A stretch of 64,000 nt of DNA. Source: a virus. Where the stretch lies: IMG/VR virus record IMGVR_UViG_3300033146_001917, positions 52,241 to 116,240 of that record; one strand, written 5' to 3'. Shown one piece after another: positions 62,133-64,000 of the stretch. The first letter of the stretch is position 1, and every line of letters starts with the position of its first letter. Below the pieces are notes generated by a model. That model worked only from the letters and a program-made list of their open reading frames with translations, was not told the DNA's origin and searched no databases. The translations under genes were made by a program, and so were the position numbers.

Positions 62133-62927
62133 CTAAATAATATTCTTAGCTATAAATGTATAACTTTCTTGAATAGGTTGTCCATTGATAGTTATTTGTT
62201 TACCACTGCTAAGTATATACACATCTTCTAACTTGTGTACAGTATGATGTAGTCTATCATCCCCTACAAAATCTCCAAAGACAATAAAGATATCAAATGG
62301 ATTTAATATTGAACTATCTGCACGTCTAGCATCATTAGGCCCAAAGGATAACTCACCTATAGCTGTAGTTTTACTATCTTCCGCTTTTCCCCATACTACA
62401 TTTTCAAATGCTTCAAATACATTTTCTGCACTTTTGATATCGCCTGATTGTCTAGCATGACTAGAGTATCCAGATAGTGATAATGCTGCCTCTTGTGCGA
62501 ATTGTCCCATTAGATTGGTTGGTGACACTTCACCATTCATAACTTGTTCAATTGTATGTCTGTTTATTACTTCTTGTGTAGTAACTGAAATATTAGTTTT
62601 ATTAAACCAGCCGTCTTTAGTAGAATTAAATGGATTATTAGAATTAGTAGTTCCATGGTTCATTAAACTTTTGTATTTGTTTAATACTAACCAAAGGTAA
62701 CCCGCCTCTTTAAAATTAATAGAGAAGTTACCTTGCACAAGCACATTGCCTTCTGATACTGCATCAAATAGAGTAGAGGCATATCCATAGAGAGGAGTAC
62801 GAGATTGAGTTACTTGGAAACTAATACTAGTTACTTCATCTACTAGAACGTCACCAATATAAATAGCAACCTGCGCGCCAGAAAAATAATCTGTATCGTA
62901 AATTCCAGCACGAGTAAAGTCATTCAT
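62133..62927 (-). CDS. tail-tube-like protein
   Basis: YFSGAQV...ISFQV....PLYGYAS..FDAV..G..LVQG.F.INF...PFDI...IQESYTFIAK. Confidence 0.7.
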   Translation of the reverse strand: MNDFTRAGIYDTDYFSGAQVAIYIGDVLVDEVTSISFQVTQSRTPLYGYASTLFDAVSEGNVLVQGNFSINFKEAGYLWLVLNKYKSLMNHGTTNSNNPFNSTKDGWFNKTNISVTTQEVINRHTIEQVMNGEVSPTNLMGQFAQEAALSLSGYSSHARQSGDIKSAENVFEAFENVVWGKAEDSKTTAIGELSFGPNDARRADSSILNPFDIFIVFGDFVGDDRLHHTVHKLEDVYILSSGKQITINGQPIQESYTFIAKNII

Positions 62928-62929
62928 AA

Positions 62930-63774
62930 TTAGCGCCCCATAAGACCACGGCGAATACCTAATTGTTTAAGATATTTATTATAACTTGACTGATTCACAG
63001 TATACAAATCACTACCTGTTGTATCTGTTCTATAGTCATTGCTATCACTATTTAACTTTCTAATACCAACTTTAGTCATAACATCTATGTCACGTGCAGT
63101 AAAGTTAACTACAGCTTCAGTCATTAGGTCTTCAATAGAGAATGTCTGACTATCATTAAGAAATTCTACTCCATAGATTCCCATACGTGAAATACTTCCA
63201 TACTCGTTTGCAAATGCAATAGTGAGATCTAGAGGAGGAAGTTGGTCAGGAATAAGAGTAGAGAGATTAGTATCTAGGGCACTCTCCTTGAATAGATTGT
63301 GGTCTGCCACCCCTCGAATTAGTTGAGCAAGTGCATGCTCATTGAAAAGAGTAAAAATCATAGATCCAGCTATGGTTCTTGGTCCACGTGTGTATCCTTT
63401 CACATAGCTTTTTCCAAGAGCACGTACTCCAAATTTCTCACGATGTGTCTGTACAGATAAAGTCTGGAGATTACCGAGAACAATAGAATTTATTTTTGTG
63501 GAAGATTGATCATTTCTGTTATTATCTCTATATACATTTACCACAACCTTAATATCTGCCCCAGAATAACTACTACCTAGCCAATTAATTTCATTTTCTT
63601 GAGCAGATTGGGTTTTAGTTTCTCCTGCAACTTAGGAATAGAACACAAATTATTTCCGAATATATCAAAAGCTGCATTCCGTATCTGACCAGATGCCTGT
63701 GTATTACACAAGCCCCTATGCCAATCCGGCCTAAACTTTAATTCCCAAATGCCATCTAGATTTAAATTACCCAT
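62930..63774 (-). CDS. tail-tube-like protein, apparently frameshifted near its 5' end
   Basis: main frame is open from 63631 (…WLGSSYSGADIKVVV…RGPRTIAGSMIF…PDQLPPLD…ANEYG) with no standard start codon before the YSGAD motif; RBS + ATG at 63774 is in the neighbouring frame. Confidence 0.6.
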
Positions 63775-63796
63775 AACAAAGATCTCCAATATTTGT

Positions 63797-63824
63797 GAGT
63801 TAGAAAGTCGAAACCCCCTAACTC
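63797..63824 (-). other. RNA hairpin, 12-bp stem with three G-U pairs and a UUCG loop
   Basis: minus strand GAGTTAGGGGGT-TTCG-ACTTTCTAACTC in the intergenic gap; no U-tract follows. Confidence 0.7.
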
Positions 63825-63854
63825 TAATTTATTTACACATATTAATCAGTATTA

Positions 63855-64000
63855 CTACTCACTTCTAACCTTATGTGCCTCTGCACTACCAGTAACAGGA
63901 CGCCAAGCAATTAAGCTACGAGCAACATAAGTATGTTGCATTTCAGATACAATATCATCAATAGATACACCATATCCTTCGTTTAATAGCTCAACTCCAT
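63855..64000 (-). CDS. tail tube protein (3' end only)
   Basis: ...GVELLNEGYGVSIDDIVSEMQHTYVARSL...* aligns with GVEFLNDSQTFSIEDLMTEAVVNFTARDI of the next gene; TAG TAA stop. Confidence 0.7.
   Translation of the reverse strand, partial: GVELLNEGYGVSIDDIVSEMQHTYVARSLIAWRPVTGSAEAHKVRSE

Larger units (their letters stand above)
212..62890. repeat. dispersed motif (Y)CCGC(C)-N0-6-A-tract, about 30 copies on both strands
   Basis: e.g. + strand 212, 5153, 7741, 10317, 16535, 18223, 20914, 28499, 31302, 34579, 35266, 37935, 39791, 42610, 45221, 57626, 58670, 62702; - strand ~4273, 35292, 38510, 40783, 41275, 53192, 58858, 62099. Confidence 0.6.

Noticed and set aside
574-62700. Numerous short ORFs antisense to or nested in long genes (e.g. 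574-924, 20636-21016, 22393-22722, 35765-36145, 54560-54922)
   Set aside because: They shadow well-supported genes, lack RBS and motifs, and have the composition expected of antisense or off-frame readings
63577-63789. 70-aa ORF as an independent gene
   Set aside because: Overlaps the start-less upstream extension of the tube-like gene; better explained as its frameshifted N-terminus, though not excluded
1-64000. Stop-codon reassignment as in some jumbo phages
   Set aside because: Long genes are intact in the standard code, and both TAG and TAA terminate genes at tight junctions
1-64000. tRNA, rRNA, integrase or transposase genes
   Set aside because: Intergenic gaps are nearly all under 100 nt and no cloverleaf or recombinase motifs were recognised by eye

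Overview
AT-rich (about one-third GC by eye) segment of a large lytic tailed phage, probably a jumbo myovirus, using the standard genetic code with almost all genes on the minus strand. Reading in the direction of transcription (right to left) it contains: (1) a tail module with three tail-tube-like paralogs, two tail-assembly-chaperone paralogs, a 1450-aa tape-measure-like protein carrying a mini-intein, a 1592-aa protein with both double-psi-beta-barrel motif sets of a two-barrel RNA polymerase (DFDAD), an M23-peptidase baseplate hub, gp25-like and J-like baseplate proteins, and many fibre/wedge proteins; (2) an actin-family ATPase followed by a glycan locus (GT9, four further glycosyltransferases, a methyltransferase and an intein-split gmd); (3) two holin-like genes and another tail fibre; (4) an inverted plus-strand accessory cassette (GNAT, repeat protein, methyltransferase, two Cys-rich Sel1-like proteins); (5) replication/repair genes (PD-(D/E)XK nuclease, primase-helicase, DenV-like glycosylase, FmdB zinc ribbon, membrane-anchored resolvase-like nuclease). 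The most notable signals are the putative single-chain virion RNA polymerase next to the tape measure gene and a dispersed intragenic motif (CCGCC followed by an A-tract, about 30 copies counted by eye on both strands). All product calls come from motif recognition by eye; no searches were run.
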